A DNA stretch of 34,075 nt from ANME-2 cluster archaeon (GCA_023544605.1 JAMJFQ010000003.1:1-34075), one strand, 5' to 3'; counted from the first letter of the stretch, positions 19,794-28,727 are shown. Program-made: numbers and translations. The notes: generated by a model from the letters alone, not told the origin.

Positions 19794-20153
19794 ATGTCTG
19801 ACATTTATGATTTAGTATCAATATTTTTCAATCTGGCCTCAATTATCCTGGGATTGCTCGGATTATATTTTGTTATCAAGAATTGGCAAACGTGGCAAAA
19901 AATAGGTGTGGACCTCATAAAAGCCAGGGCATTCCTTGATAAGAAATTTTTAGAAAAAAATTGGCTTTACCTGGTGATAGTTGGTGGAATAATCATGTTC
20001 CGTAGAATTTACCGGTATCTGGAACTTTATTCCACCGAATTTCCCGGGGTCGGAGTAATTGAGGTTTTGTTTGACTTTTTAGGTTTTTTAGTAATATTAA
20101 TCCTTGTGTTAATGGCATATCAGTGGTATAAGATCATCCAGTCTCATATCTGA
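19794..20153 (+). CDS. Hypothetical membrane protein (3 TM)
   Basis: 119-aa AT-rich ORF with AGGTGA ribosome site and three hydrophobic helices. Confidence 0.75.
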   Translation: MSDIYDLVSIFFNLASIILGLLGLYFVIKNWQTWQKIGVDLIKARAFLDKKFLEKNWLYLVIVGGIIMFRRIYRYLELYSTEFPGVGVIEVLFDFLGFLVILILVLMAYQWYKIIQSHI

Positions 20154-20255
20154 AAAATACTATTATCTTGTCACAGACCTGTTATTGGATTAATACCACC
20201 CTCACATCAAAACCTTTATGAACATCGATAACTACAATAATCAATGGTGAACAAT

Positions 20256-20654
20256 ATGGTCAAATTATCCCCTGACGTTAAGGAAGTAATCCAAAAACAG
20301 AAACCTCTGCCTATTGCAACAGCAGATAGTACCGGTAAGCCTAATGTGGTTTTTGTTGGTACGTGGAAGTTCATTGATGATGAGACTATAATGATCGTGG
20401 ATAATTTCTTTAAAAAAACCGCAGTAAATCTCAAAGCCAATCCCAGGCTGTCCATTGTGGCTTATGATAGTGAATCCAAGCAGTCATATCAGGTCAAGGG
20501 TTCGGTAGATTATCTTGATGAGGGCGACCGTTTCGATGAAGCCAAAGCCATAGCACAAGCAAAGAACCTACCAGGCAAGGCTGTTGTAATATTCCACATT
20601 GAAGAGGTCTATGATGCCGTGTACGGAAAACATGCCGGTGAACAAATAGCTTAA
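20256..20654 (+). CDS. Pyridoxamine 5'-phosphate oxidase-family FMN-binding protein
   Basis: IATAD..GKPNV, DNFFKKT..NL..NP, SYQVKG; start set after GGTGA. Confidence 0.88.
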   Translation: MVKLSPDVKEVIQKQKPLPIATADSTGKPNVVFVGTWKFIDDETIMIVDNFFKKTAVNLKANPRLSIVAYDSESKQSYQVKGSVDYLDEGDRFDEAKAIAQAKNLPGKAVVIFHIEEVYDAVYGKHAGEQIA

Positions 20655-20691
20655 TAGTAATAATTATCGAATAAAATCTTTTGGTGATCAA

Positions 20692-21045
20692 TTGACAGAA
20701 ACAGCATCGAAAAAACAGAATGATAAAGACGTATACATTGGTGATGAATTCTCTGAAGAAGAGGATTCACAGGGAGAACAGGAGGTCAATGAACTGGAAG
20801 GCTTGTATGACCTTTTAATACCGCCTGGAGTACCTGAATCATTGATAGTGGAACTGGTGGATGAGTTTGATCTGGAACCGGTGACCAGACTTGCCAATGT
20901 TGACATCGTTGAAGTTGACCCTCGCGAACTTATGGCACTGCGCGGTGATTTGGAAATAGTAAACGAGGCCCACGATTACATGGTCAAGCGAATGCATGAA
21001 ATAACGAATGGTGGATATAAAAGCCCGTGGGTAGATAACGATTGA
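20692..21045 (+). CDS. Acidic hypothetical protein
   Basis: 117-aa ORF with YDLLIPPGVP and LRGDLE motifs; GGTGA upstream of the TTG start. Confidence 0.75.
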   Translation: MTETASKKQNDKDVYIGDEFSEEEDSQGEQEVNELEGLYDLLIPPGVPESLIVELVDEFDLEPVTRLANVDIVEVDPRELMALRGDLEIVNEAHDYMVKRMHEITNGGYKSPWVDND

Positions 21046-21047
21046 AC

Positions 21048-21761
21048 CTATCTGCTGCTATTTGATCTTTCCCTGTACAGAGCTGCACCCAGGGCATTGA
21101 CCAGCTGGGGTGCAATCGGTACTTCTATTTTTGAATCCAGCACAGCATTTACTGCATCGACTATACCTGTGTTCTGTACCGTACCACCAATGAGCATTAC
21201 CTTATCGGCAGGCGGGACCATCTGGGCGATACGCCGTGCAAAAGCCTGGTGCAGTCCGTATATGACGTCTTCCATAGTGTATCCCCCAACAAGCTGAGAG
21301 ATCATCTCAGATATAGCGAACACGCCACATGTGTTGTTTATCTGTACTTCTTTTGTTGCCCGTTGGTGCATATCGCCCAGAGAGTCGACAGGTATGTCAA
21401 AATAGCGTGCGGCCAGTTCTAAAAAAGCGCCTGTGCCTGCACTGCACTTATCGTTTATAATAAAGGTATTACTGCGCAGGTCGATGACTTTTGTGTCCTG
21501 CCCGCCGATATCAATAATAACCTGTGCCTCTGGGTCATGATATCTGGCACCCAGTGATGCAGCGGTTATTTCAGTTATTGCAGTAAAGTGGGGTACTTTC
21601 TTCCTGAAATAGCCGGTGGATATAATGCGCTTTTCATCCTGTCCATCATCTATCAGTTCCCTCCAGCGATGGCTCGGCACAACTTCTGAGAAAATTATCT
21701 CTCCTGTTTCCATATGCACTATTTTGGCAGTGGTACTGCCCACATCAAGCCCTATATTCAC
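21048..21761 (-). CDS. ATP-dependent [4Fe-4S] activase (HgdC/BadF/BcrA-D family, ASKHA ATPase)
   Basis: GLDVGSTTAK, ISTGY, EITA, IDIGGQDTK, NDKCSAGTG, TCGVFA; overlaps the upstream gene by 4 bp. Confidence 0.92.
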   Translation of the reverse strand: MNIGLDVGSTTAKIVHMETGEIIFSEVVPSHRWRELIDDGQDEKRIISTGYFRKKVPHFTAITEITAASLGARYHDPEAQVIIDIGGQDTKVIDLRSNTFIINDKCSAGTGAFLELAARYFDIPVDSLGDMHQRATKEVQINNTCGVFAISEMISQLVGGYTMEDVIYGLHQAFARRIAQMVPPADKVMLIGGTVQNTGIVDAVNAVLDSKIEVPIAPQLVNALGAALYRERSNSSR

Positions 21762-22699
21762 GGCATTACCTCCAGCATCTCTGCAAAGGCTTCCAGCCTG
21801 AGCTTGAGCTGTTCAGAAGACGGGCGGGGCAGGTCGCCCTGGACGGTCAAGATGGGGTAATCAAGGTGCTGTCTGAATATTTCATCTTCCAGGGTATGAT
21901 GGCAGGCAAATTGGGTATAATGTATGACTCCATCTACACGCCTCTGGCGCAGTTCATCCTGTATGAACCATACCCTGGTCTCAATGGGCCCGGCAAATGA
22001 GTACTTTGTATAATTACGGGCCAGGGAATCAAGGTCACACCCCCCCAGACGTATGAACTCGTACGGCAGTTCATCATATACTATATGCAATCCGAAACCT
22101 TCAGCCACCTCATGGAAGTCCGGATATATGGGCGGGACACCAATAAGTGCCACCCTGCTGGTATATTCTACATCTGCTTCGGGTATGCTGTCAAGTGTTC
22201 TTTCAAATGCATCCAGGTCTCCTGCCAGGTCACTGAACGATATCAGTGCTGAGAACACATCACTTGCCCGTGCACGGTCATTCACCCTTTGTTCATCCAG
22301 TGCCTTGCCCCTGGATTTCAGGTCAGTGATGCGGGTAATTATTCCGTCATCTTGTACGCCGCCAAGAAACAAGCTGAGTTTTTCCAGTTGTGATCTAAAG
22401 TAATCTGTATCCCCATCAAAGGGATAAAAGAAATAATGAGTAGGCTTACCGCTCAGCTCTGCTTTTTGCCCATCCACCAGTGCGTTGTGGCAGTCACCGC
22501 CGGCAACCACTACCAGCGAATCAATGTCCAGTTCACCGCTCAGGATCATATCCCTCCACACAGCGGTCCAGGCACACAGTTTACTAGCCGGACTTGAGGA
22601 GGAGCCAGGTACTACATTGTTCACATCCAGGGGGCGCTTACCGCATGCATAAATGAGTTCAGGCGGCACCAGGGCAGTTATACCGACCGTATCTTTCAT
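21758..22699 (-). CDS. 2-hydroxyacyl-CoA dehydratase-family (HgdA/B, FldB/C-like) Fe-S protein, single subunit
   Basis: VPPELIYACG, three cluster cysteines (KLCAW, GGDCH, QFACH), VDGVIHY, EQLKLRLEAFAEML; start set at MKDTV because the track's start lies inside a MITE end. Confidence 0.88.
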   Translation of the reverse strand: MKDTVGITALVPPELIYACGKRPLDVNNVVPGSSSSPASKLCAWTAVWRDMILSGELDIDSLVVVAGGDCHNALVDGQKAELSGKPTHYFFYPFDGDTDYFRSQLEKLSLFLGGVQDDGIITRITDLKSRGKALDEQRVNDRARASDVFSALISFSDLAGDLDAFERTLDSIPEADVEYTSRVALIGVPPIYPDFHEVAEGFGLHIVYDELPYEFIRLGGCDLDSLARNYTKYSFAGPIETRVWFIQDELRQRRVDGVIHYTQFACHHTLEDEIFRQHLDYPILTVQGDLPRPSSEQLKLRLEAFAEMLEVMP

Positions 22700-22743
22700 C
22701 GGGTGACAATAGATTTGTTCACTATTATCTCTTACCCCCAACA

Positions 22744-23112
22744 GGCACTGTACCAAAAATCAGTTATTTTGTTGACACCGACTTAGGGTAAAATCTGTGT
22801 TAATCAGTGAAATCTGTGTCTGAAAAATAAATAGACACAGATTTCACAGATTCACACTGATTTGTAGTCGCATTTGCATCTGATATATTCGCTGTATAAC
22901 TGGATTTTGGTATTGTGTCATTCGTATTCATTGCCAAATCCACTGAAAACGTTATGAAAGATTGGGATTTCGGAAAAGTTATTAAGGGTGCTGTTTATTG
23001 TTGTCATGTTTGATGCAAAGTAATATCATCACTTTATATTACAAATAAATTATGTATTTATTGTGATGATATTACAACTTTGTATTACATAACTGGATTA
23101 TGGGACTGTGCC
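22744..23112 (+). mobile_element. Composite non-autonomous element (MITE), 369 bp, with 9-bp target site duplication
   Basis: Ends GGCACTGTACCAAAAATCAGTTAT and ATAACTGGATTATGGGACTGTGCC (19/24 inverted match); CCCCCAACA on both flanks (22735-22743, 23113-23121); extra internal end at 22896-22919; hairpins at 22791-22863 and 23020-23075. Confidence 0.9.
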
Positions 23113-23158
23113 CCCCCAACATAAAGATTTAATCATATGAATCCTATGGGGGACTGGC

Positions 23159-24199
23159 ATGAAACTATCGGATTTTGATTACCACCTACCACAGGATATG
23201 ATAGCCCAGAAACCTGCCGACCCACGGGATTCTTCAAGATTGATGGTGCTCGATGAAAACGAGCGGCATCACAGTACTTTTTCTGAACTTCCCCATTTAT
23301 CGCATTCCCAAGATCTGTTGATATTGAATGACAGCAGGGTGATACCGGCCAGGTTATACGGTACCAAAAATACAGGTGGGAAAGTAGAAGTGCTACTGGT
23401 TAAACGGCTTGAGGATAAGTACTATGAATGCCTGGTCAGGGGTAGGGTAAAGGTGGGGGGGAAACTCAATTTTACGACTCTATCAGGCACAATAGAGGAA
23501 CGTGTAGACTCCCATACAGGATACCGTTATAATATCAGGTTCCAGTGTGATGAGGATTTCATGTCCTGTCTCTTCGTGGATGGAGTCATGCCAGTACCGC
23601 CCTATATTAAAGAGCATCTGGATGATGGAGAGAGGTACCAGACAATTTATTCAAGGGATGAAGGCTCTATTGCGGCACCCACTGCCGGACTGCATTTTAC
23701 AGCACAGTTACTTGACAGGATTAAGAAGATGGGAGTAAGGCTGGCATTTATCACACTGCACGTGGGTGTAGGCACATTCATGCCGGTTCGTGCCGAAGAT
23801 GTGGAAGAGCATACCATGGAGAGCGAATATTATACCATTGACGAAGATACCGCTCGTGCCATTAATGATACCATAAAGGGGGGAGGCAGGATAATCGTGG
23901 TCGGTACAACCACGGTCCGGGCGCTGGAAAGTGCGAATTGGCACAATGGCAACATTGCACCATCCCGGGGCTGGAGTGAGATATTCATACATCCCCCTTA
24001 CCAGTTCAAGACACCCATCAGTGGTCTGATCACCAATTTCCACCTTCCAAGATCAACACTGCTAATGCTGATCAGTGCCTATGCTGGCAGGGATGTGGTG
24101 CTGGCGGCATACAGCGAGGCCATTGCTAAGGGTTACAGGTTCTACAGTTTTGGAGATGCGATGTTCATTATGGGTAACAAGGAGGGGAAGAATGTTTGA
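23159..24199 (+). CDS. queA: tRNA preQ1(34) S-adenosylmethionine ribosyltransferase-isomerase
   Basis: MKLSDFDYHLP..IAQ.P, NDSRVIPARL, PPYI, YQT, AAPTAGLHFT, TLHVG.GTF.PV, VGTT..RALES, TNFHLPRSTLLML, YRFYSFGDAM. Confidence 0.98.
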   Translation: MKLSDFDYHLPQDMIAQKPADPRDSSRLMVLDENERHHSTFSELPHLSHSQDLLILNDSRVIPARLYGTKNTGGKVEVLLVKRLEDKYYECLVRGRVKVGGKLNFTTLSGTIEERVDSHTGYRYNIRFQCDEDFMSCLFVDGVMPVPPYIKEHLDDGERYQTIYSRDEGSIAAPTAGLHFTAQLLDRIKKMGVRLAFITLHVGVGTFMPVRAEDVEEHTMESEYYTIDEDTARAINDTIKGGGRIIVVGTTTVRALESANWHNGNIAPSRGWSEIFIHPPYQFKTPISGLITNFHLPRSTLLMLISAYAGRDVVLAAYSEAIAKGYRFYSFGDAMFIMGNKEGKNV

Positions 24200-25307
24200 G
24201 ATAGTGCGCCAGGAAAAAATGTCTGGAGCAAGGGTGGGAAAACTGACCACACCTCACCAGGTTGTAGATACCCCGGCATTCATGCCTGTGGCGACCAAGG
24301 CCACGATCAAGACGCTTACTCCCAACGAGATACGTGAGATGGGAACCCAGGCCATCATAAGCAATGCCTTCCACCTCTATCTTAGCCCGGGTTACGAACT
24401 GATCCAGGAGGCAGGTGGCCTGCATACATTCATGGATTGGGACGGTGCCATTTTCACGGACAGCGGCGGGTTCCAGATATTGCGCAAGGAGTTCAGGTTC
24501 AAACTGAACAACAAGGGTATAAGTTATGTAAATTCCAGGGACGCAAAGCGATATATGTATACCCCTGAGCTGTGTATGGAAATACAGGGTGCCCTGGGTT
24601 CTGACGTGGCAATGGTGCTGGATGACTGCCCGCCCTGGGGCAGCACCCGTGATGAGGTCATGGAGTCGGTTTGCAGGACAGTGAACTGGGGGCAGCGCAG
24701 CCTTGATGCCAGGTGCAATAAAAACCAGCTGGTCTTTGCCATATTGCAGGGGGGGACATATCCTGAGATGCGGGAAGCCTGTGCCAGTCGATTAGTGGAT
24801 ATGGACTTTGACGGTTATGGTATCGGGGGATTGAGTATTGGCGAGCCAAAAGATGTCATGCATGAGACTATCAGGCTGAACCTGACCCAGATACCGCCTG
24901 AGAAGCCCCGCTACCTGATGGGAGTGGGCTCGCCCGTGGAACTGCTGGAATCCATATCATTGGGGGTTGACATCTTTGACAGTGCATTCCCCACCCGCAA
25001 CGCCCGGCACCAGACCGTGATGACCCGATACGGGCAGATGGATCTGCGGCGCTCATCCCTGGTTAGGGATTTCAGACCCATTGATGAGAAATGCGGCTGC
25101 TATACCTGCAGGCATTTTTCCAGGGCATATCTGTACCACCTGTTCAAGGAATCAGAACTGCTGGCCATGCGGCTTGCATCCATACATAATGTCCATTTCC
25201 TGCAAGAGTTGATGAGAGAGGCAAGGAATGCTATTTCAGAGGAGCGGTACAGTGAGTTTCGGGAACAGTTCAAGCGTGAATATTCAAGTCCGGCCAATAC
25301 AGCCTAA
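24192..25307 (+). CDS. tgt: Bacterial-type tRNA-guanine(34) transglycosylase
   Basis: TPAFMPV, NAFHL, TDSGGFQ, LDDC, QGG, GGLSIGE, PRYLMGVG, GVDIFD, PTRNAR, CxCxxC...H Zn site; 371 aa with no PUA domain; overlaps the queA stop. Confidence 0.95.
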   Translation: MFEIVRQEKMSGARVGKLTTPHQVVDTPAFMPVATKATIKTLTPNEIREMGTQAIISNAFHLYLSPGYELIQEAGGLHTFMDWDGAIFTDSGGFQILRKEFRFKLNNKGISYVNSRDAKRYMYTPELCMEIQGALGSDVAMVLDDCPPWGSTRDEVMESVCRTVNWGQRSLDARCNKNQLVFAILQGGTYPEMREACASRLVDMDFDGYGIGGLSIGEPKDVMHETIRLNLTQIPPEKPRYLMGVGSPVELLESISLGVDIFDSAFPTRNARHQTVMTRYGQMDLRRSSLVRDFRPIDEKCGCYTCRHFSRAYLYHLFKESELLAMRLASIHNVHFLQELMREARNAISEERYSEFREQFKREYSSPANTA

Positions 25308-25531
25308 GTCTTCTGGAGAGTTATCCTGAAAATACTGTTCTCATTTACCCATTTCAATACCCTGCACCGCTTATGGAATATGGACATAAGGTCAGGCAGT
25401 AGGGAAGCACAATCAGAAACCACTTCCAGTCTTTCACCGTGGGACATCTGCTTTAACCTTGAATTTGTCAAGAACAACGGGATAGGGCAGGTTTTTCCAA
25501 TAGTATCGAGGAACTGGATATTCATTGTCAT
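25304..25531 (-). CDS. TusA/SirA-family sulfur carrier
   Basis: LDTIGKTCPIP motif, GERLEVVSD, ~75 aa; start set at MTMNIQ. Confidence 0.75.
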   Translation of the reverse strand: MTMNIQFLDTIGKTCPIPLFLTNSRLKQMSHGERLEVVSDCASLLPDLMSIFHKRCRVLKWVNENSIFRITLQKT

Positions 25532-25763
25532 ATCTCTTTTCTTCCTGTAATATTCTTTGCCAAAATACCGGACCTTTATTCTCATTATTTGGAATGAAAA
25601 ATACATATTTAATAGTTTCCGTATTTGCATGGATAATGGTCTAATTGTGACAATATTGAACAAACATTATACAAATCGGTAATTATTGATTTAAAATAGT
25701 CGTATAAAAAAGCTTCACTGGCTGTGAGTTAAGTATTGTTTACATTAGCATTATACGGGATTT

Positions 25764-26177
25764 TCACACTATGTGCTTAGCCACTTCCCCGGCAAGTTCC
25801 TGGAACTCTTCCTGTGACGGTGTGGTCCCATCATATTTGTATTCAATGCCATCCCCGGTGTTTCGCGGTACAATATGGCAGTGGAAGTGGTGAATAACCT
25901 GGCCTGCCACTTCTCCGTGATTGATAACAAGATTGAACCCTTCAGGTCCTATAACTGCCTGTAAGCCATTGACAACCTTTTTTACCGTCCTGAACACTGC
26001 CGCAACATCATTGTCATCCAGATCGGTGATCTTTTCACCATGCTTTTTTGGTATGACCAATGTATGGCCCCGGTTGTTAGGGTTTATGTCCAGAAATGCG
26101 AGGGTATCATCGTCCTCGTATATGGTATAGCTCGGTATCTCTCCAGAGATTATTTTACAAAATATGCAATCTTCCAT
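25764..26177 (-). CDS. HIT family nucleotide hydrolase
   Basis: CIFCKI, AFLDINP, GHTLVIPK, AGQVIHHFHCHIVPR histidine triad. Confidence 0.95.
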   Translation of the reverse strand: MEDCIFCKIISGEIPSYTIYEDDDTLAFLDINPNNRGHTLVIPKKHGEKITDLDDNDVAAVFRTVKKVVNGLQAVIGPEGFNLVINHGEVAGQVIHHFHCHIVPRNTGDGIEYKYDGTTPSQEEFQELAGEVAKHIV

Positions 26178-26183
26178 TACAAA

Positions 26184-27347
26184 TCACCTTTTATGATTGT
26201 TCTGTGGAATATTCATGTGTTTGAACTGCATATTCCTCATTATATCCTTCATTGTTACGATCCCTTTTATCCTGCTATCCTGGATGACCAGAAGCCTACC
26301 GATATTATTTTTAGCAATGGTCTGGAGGGCATGATATGCCTCATGTTCAGGACGTACTGAAATAATATCCTTTGTCATAATATCCCTCACATGGACAGTA
26401 TTGTGCAGTTCCATTGACACTTTTTGCACATCTTCGAAGGTTACAACTCCCATTGGGGGCTTATCCAGGTCTTCCTGCACTGGATATCCCATATGCTTGA
26501 ACCTGAACATAACATCCACAAGCTGGGATATGGTCCAGTCCGGGGGTATATATATTAAATCCGGCGCATGGGTCATGACATCTTTCACCTTGATCCCTTC
26601 AAGGCTTATGGCAAAGAACGTTTCCCGCTCTTCACCCTGCGCACCATAGTACACAAATAACGCTATTAAGACAAGTATTATGTTTATTGTGAGCAAACCG
26701 AAAATTCCCATTAAGAATGCAAAGGTCTTACCTATCGAAACTGCCATGCGGGTGGCATCCATGTACGGCAGCCATAATGCCAGAAATGCCCTTAGGACAC
26801 GGCCCCCGTCCATGGGAAAAGCTGGCAGCAGGTTGAATATACCCAGTACCAGGTTGTAGAAGGAAATGATCCCGGCTGTTATAAGTACCGCATTTTTAGC
26901 GTTCATCCCCATCTCGCCCATGTCCGCAGGACCATAATACATATAGAAAGCATAGGTCACTATACCTATAACCAGGCTTATGCCCGGACCTGCGGCAGCC
27001 ATTTTCAGTTCAAGCTTTGGGTCGCGGGGTATTTCCTCCATCTGGGCCACTCCTCCGAATACAAAAAGGGTTATGCTCTTGATATCCAGTCCATTTCTTT
27101 TTGCAACGAATGAATGGCTTATCTCATGCAGCAGGATAGTAGAGAAGAACAGGATAGATGCAATGGTACTGAAAACAAGTTTTTCCATCAATGATATGTC
27201 CATGCCGTAGAAACCCAGTACGAGTGTACCTATCTGGAATTCAAATGATGAAAAGTAGTAAATGAACAATAGTAGTATAAAGAGGAAAGTGATGTGTAGT
27301 TGTATAGGAATCCCGATGACTTTTCCGATCTGTACTGACCATTTCAC
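26184..27347 (-). CDS. Site-2 protease (M50) with CBS domain pair
   Basis: LHEISH, AAAGP, FNLLPAFPMDGGR, two C-terminal CBS repeats. Confidence 0.95.
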   Translation of the reverse strand: MKWSVQIGKVIGIPIQLHITFLFILLLFIYYFSSFEFQIGTLVLGFYGMDISLMEKLVFSTIASILFFSTILLHEISHSFVAKRNGLDIKSITLFVFGGVAQMEEIPRDPKLELKMAAAGPGISLVIGIVTYAFYMYYGPADMGEMGMNAKNAVLITAGIISFYNLVLGIFNLLPAFPMDGGRVLRAFLALWLPYMDATRMAVSIGKTFAFLMGIFGLLTINIILVLIALFVYYGAQGEERETFFAISLEGIKVKDVMTHAPDLIYIPPDWTISQLVDVMFRFKHMGYPVQEDLDKPPMGVVTFEDVQKVSMELHNTVHVRDIMTKDIISVRPEHEAYHALQTIAKNNIGRLLVIQDSRIKGIVTMKDIMRNMQFKHMNIPQNNHKR

Positions 27348-27484
27348 TGTGCTACCCCCTGTTTAAGTGATAGTAATCTTATTTTAACTATATTTAATAC
27401 TTTACAATGGATATATTCAACGTATTTTTTTCTGCTGCAGAAGCATTAATAGAACCAAATAATACAAAATATAATACGAACGCG

Positions 27485-27925
27485 TCATTTCTTGTTAACA
27501 GTAGACTTAGTTTGGTGTATCTTTTCATGGCATTGTGAACACAATGAAGTAAGGTTTTCAGGCTTGTTCCGGCCACCGTTTGACCTTGAGGTCTGGTGGT
27601 GCACTTCATCGGCAGGCCGGCCGCACATGGTACACACAAATCCATCCCGCACCCTGGTCCTTTGTCTTTGCTGATGGGAAAGTGGTCCTGTGGGTGCCCC
27701 TCCCACAAAGGGCCAGCGCTCAAGCAGATCGATCCACCCGTCCAGTGCCTTCTCCTGCCCGCGCTCGGTAATGCCCCACCGCTGGCAATGGTCTACGAAC
27801 CCGAGCAGTTCATGATAACCCTGGTAACCGGCGGACAGTTCGGCTTTCTTGCTCTGGAACAGGCGGGTGAGCCGCTGTATTTTGGTGCGGTGTTTCATGC
27901 TCCTTTTCAGGTCGGTATCCTTCAT
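27485..27925 (-). CDS. HNH endonuclease (Zn-binding) with an unrecognised N-terminal domain
   Basis: RDGFVCTMCG...EVHH...GG.N..ENLTSLCSQCHEKIH; start uncertain (27925 or 27943). Confidence 0.85.
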   Translation of the reverse strand: MKDTDLKRSMKHRTKIQRLTRLFQSKKAELSAGYQGYHELLGFVDHCQRWGITERGQEKALDGWIDLLERWPFVGGAPTGPLSHQQRQRTRVRDGFVCTMCGRPADEVHHQTSRSNGGRNKPENLTSLCSQCHEKIHQTKSTVNKK

Positions 27926-28019
27926 GCGGGCATAACAGGTCAATCAGCACATAAAAATGTTATCCAATATCCCGATATTTCCCAAAAGATTAATAAAATA
28001 AAATCAATAGTCCTTTACT

Positions 28020-28715
28020 ATGGGGGACTTTACCGGTTCGGATTATACAAAGAAAGAACGTTTCCGCTGCCAGCTGATAACCTGGGGTGAGGCGGCAGGG
28101 ATGTCACGTGAACTGGCACGTATGGTATATGCCTCCCGATTTGAACCTGATATTATTATTGCCATCGGCCGGGGAGGTTATGTACCTGCACGTGTGGTAT
28201 CCGATTACCTGTTGTTCCGTGACCTGACTACCATCAAGATGGAGCACTGGGGTGTAGCTGCCACCATTGATGAGCAGGCTCACATACGGTTCGGCCTGTC
28301 CACCGACATATCAAATATGCGGGTGCTGCTCGTGGACGATATCACTGATACTGGTGATACACTGCAGGTCGCCCTTGACTATATCAAGGATCTTAATCCG
28401 GCTAAGGTGTGCACTGCTGTCCTCCAGCACAAAACCTGCTCATCCTTTATACCTGACTTCTATGTGCACCGGATACTCAAATGGCGCTGGATCATCTATC
28501 CCTGGGCTATGTTCGAGGATATCTCAGGGTTCATAAAGAGGATAGTGGGAAATGGATGGATGTCAGTGCAGGATATTCAGCAGCGTTTGTCACATGATTT
28601 CCAACTTTCAATAAGCATCGGGAAACTTGCAGGCATCCTTGAAGATATGGAAATGCAGGGTTTGATCGGGAGAAGTGGAAATGAGGGACGAAGTGTCTAC
28701 AGGGATGTAGATTAA
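28020..28715 (+). CDS. Type I purine phosphoribosyltransferase with a C-terminal winged-helix-like extension
   Basis: IAIGRGGYVPAR, VLLVDDITDTGDT PRPP motif, WIIYPW. Confidence 0.9.
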   Translation: MGDFTGSDYTKKERFRCQLITWGEAAGMSRELARMVYASRFEPDIIIAIGRGGYVPARVVSDYLLFRDLTTIKMEHWGVAATIDEQAHIRFGLSTDISNMRVLLVDDITDTGDTLQVALDYIKDLNPAKVCTAVLQHKTCSSFIPDFYVHRILKWRWIIYPWAMFEDISGFIKRIVGNGWMSVQDIQQRLSHDFQLSISIGKLAGILEDMEMQGLIGRSGNEGRSVYRDVD

Positions 28716-28727
28716 TACTGCCCGAAC

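Noticed and set aside
22700-22756. Longer start for the dehydratase-like gene
   Set aside because: The TTG lies inside the MITE terminus, and family-like sequence begins at MKDTV (22699).
23113-23158. preQ1 riboswitch upstream of queA
   Set aside because: There is no preQ1 class I consensus or A-rich tail. The weak CCCCCA/TGGGGG pairing spans the probable TATA box, so it is unlikely to be transcribed whole.
24192-25307. Archaeosine tRNA-guanine(15) transglycosylase or DpdA DNA-modification enzyme
   Set aside because: The motifs and length are those of bacterial Tgt, it is coupled to queA, and no dpdB/C genes are present.
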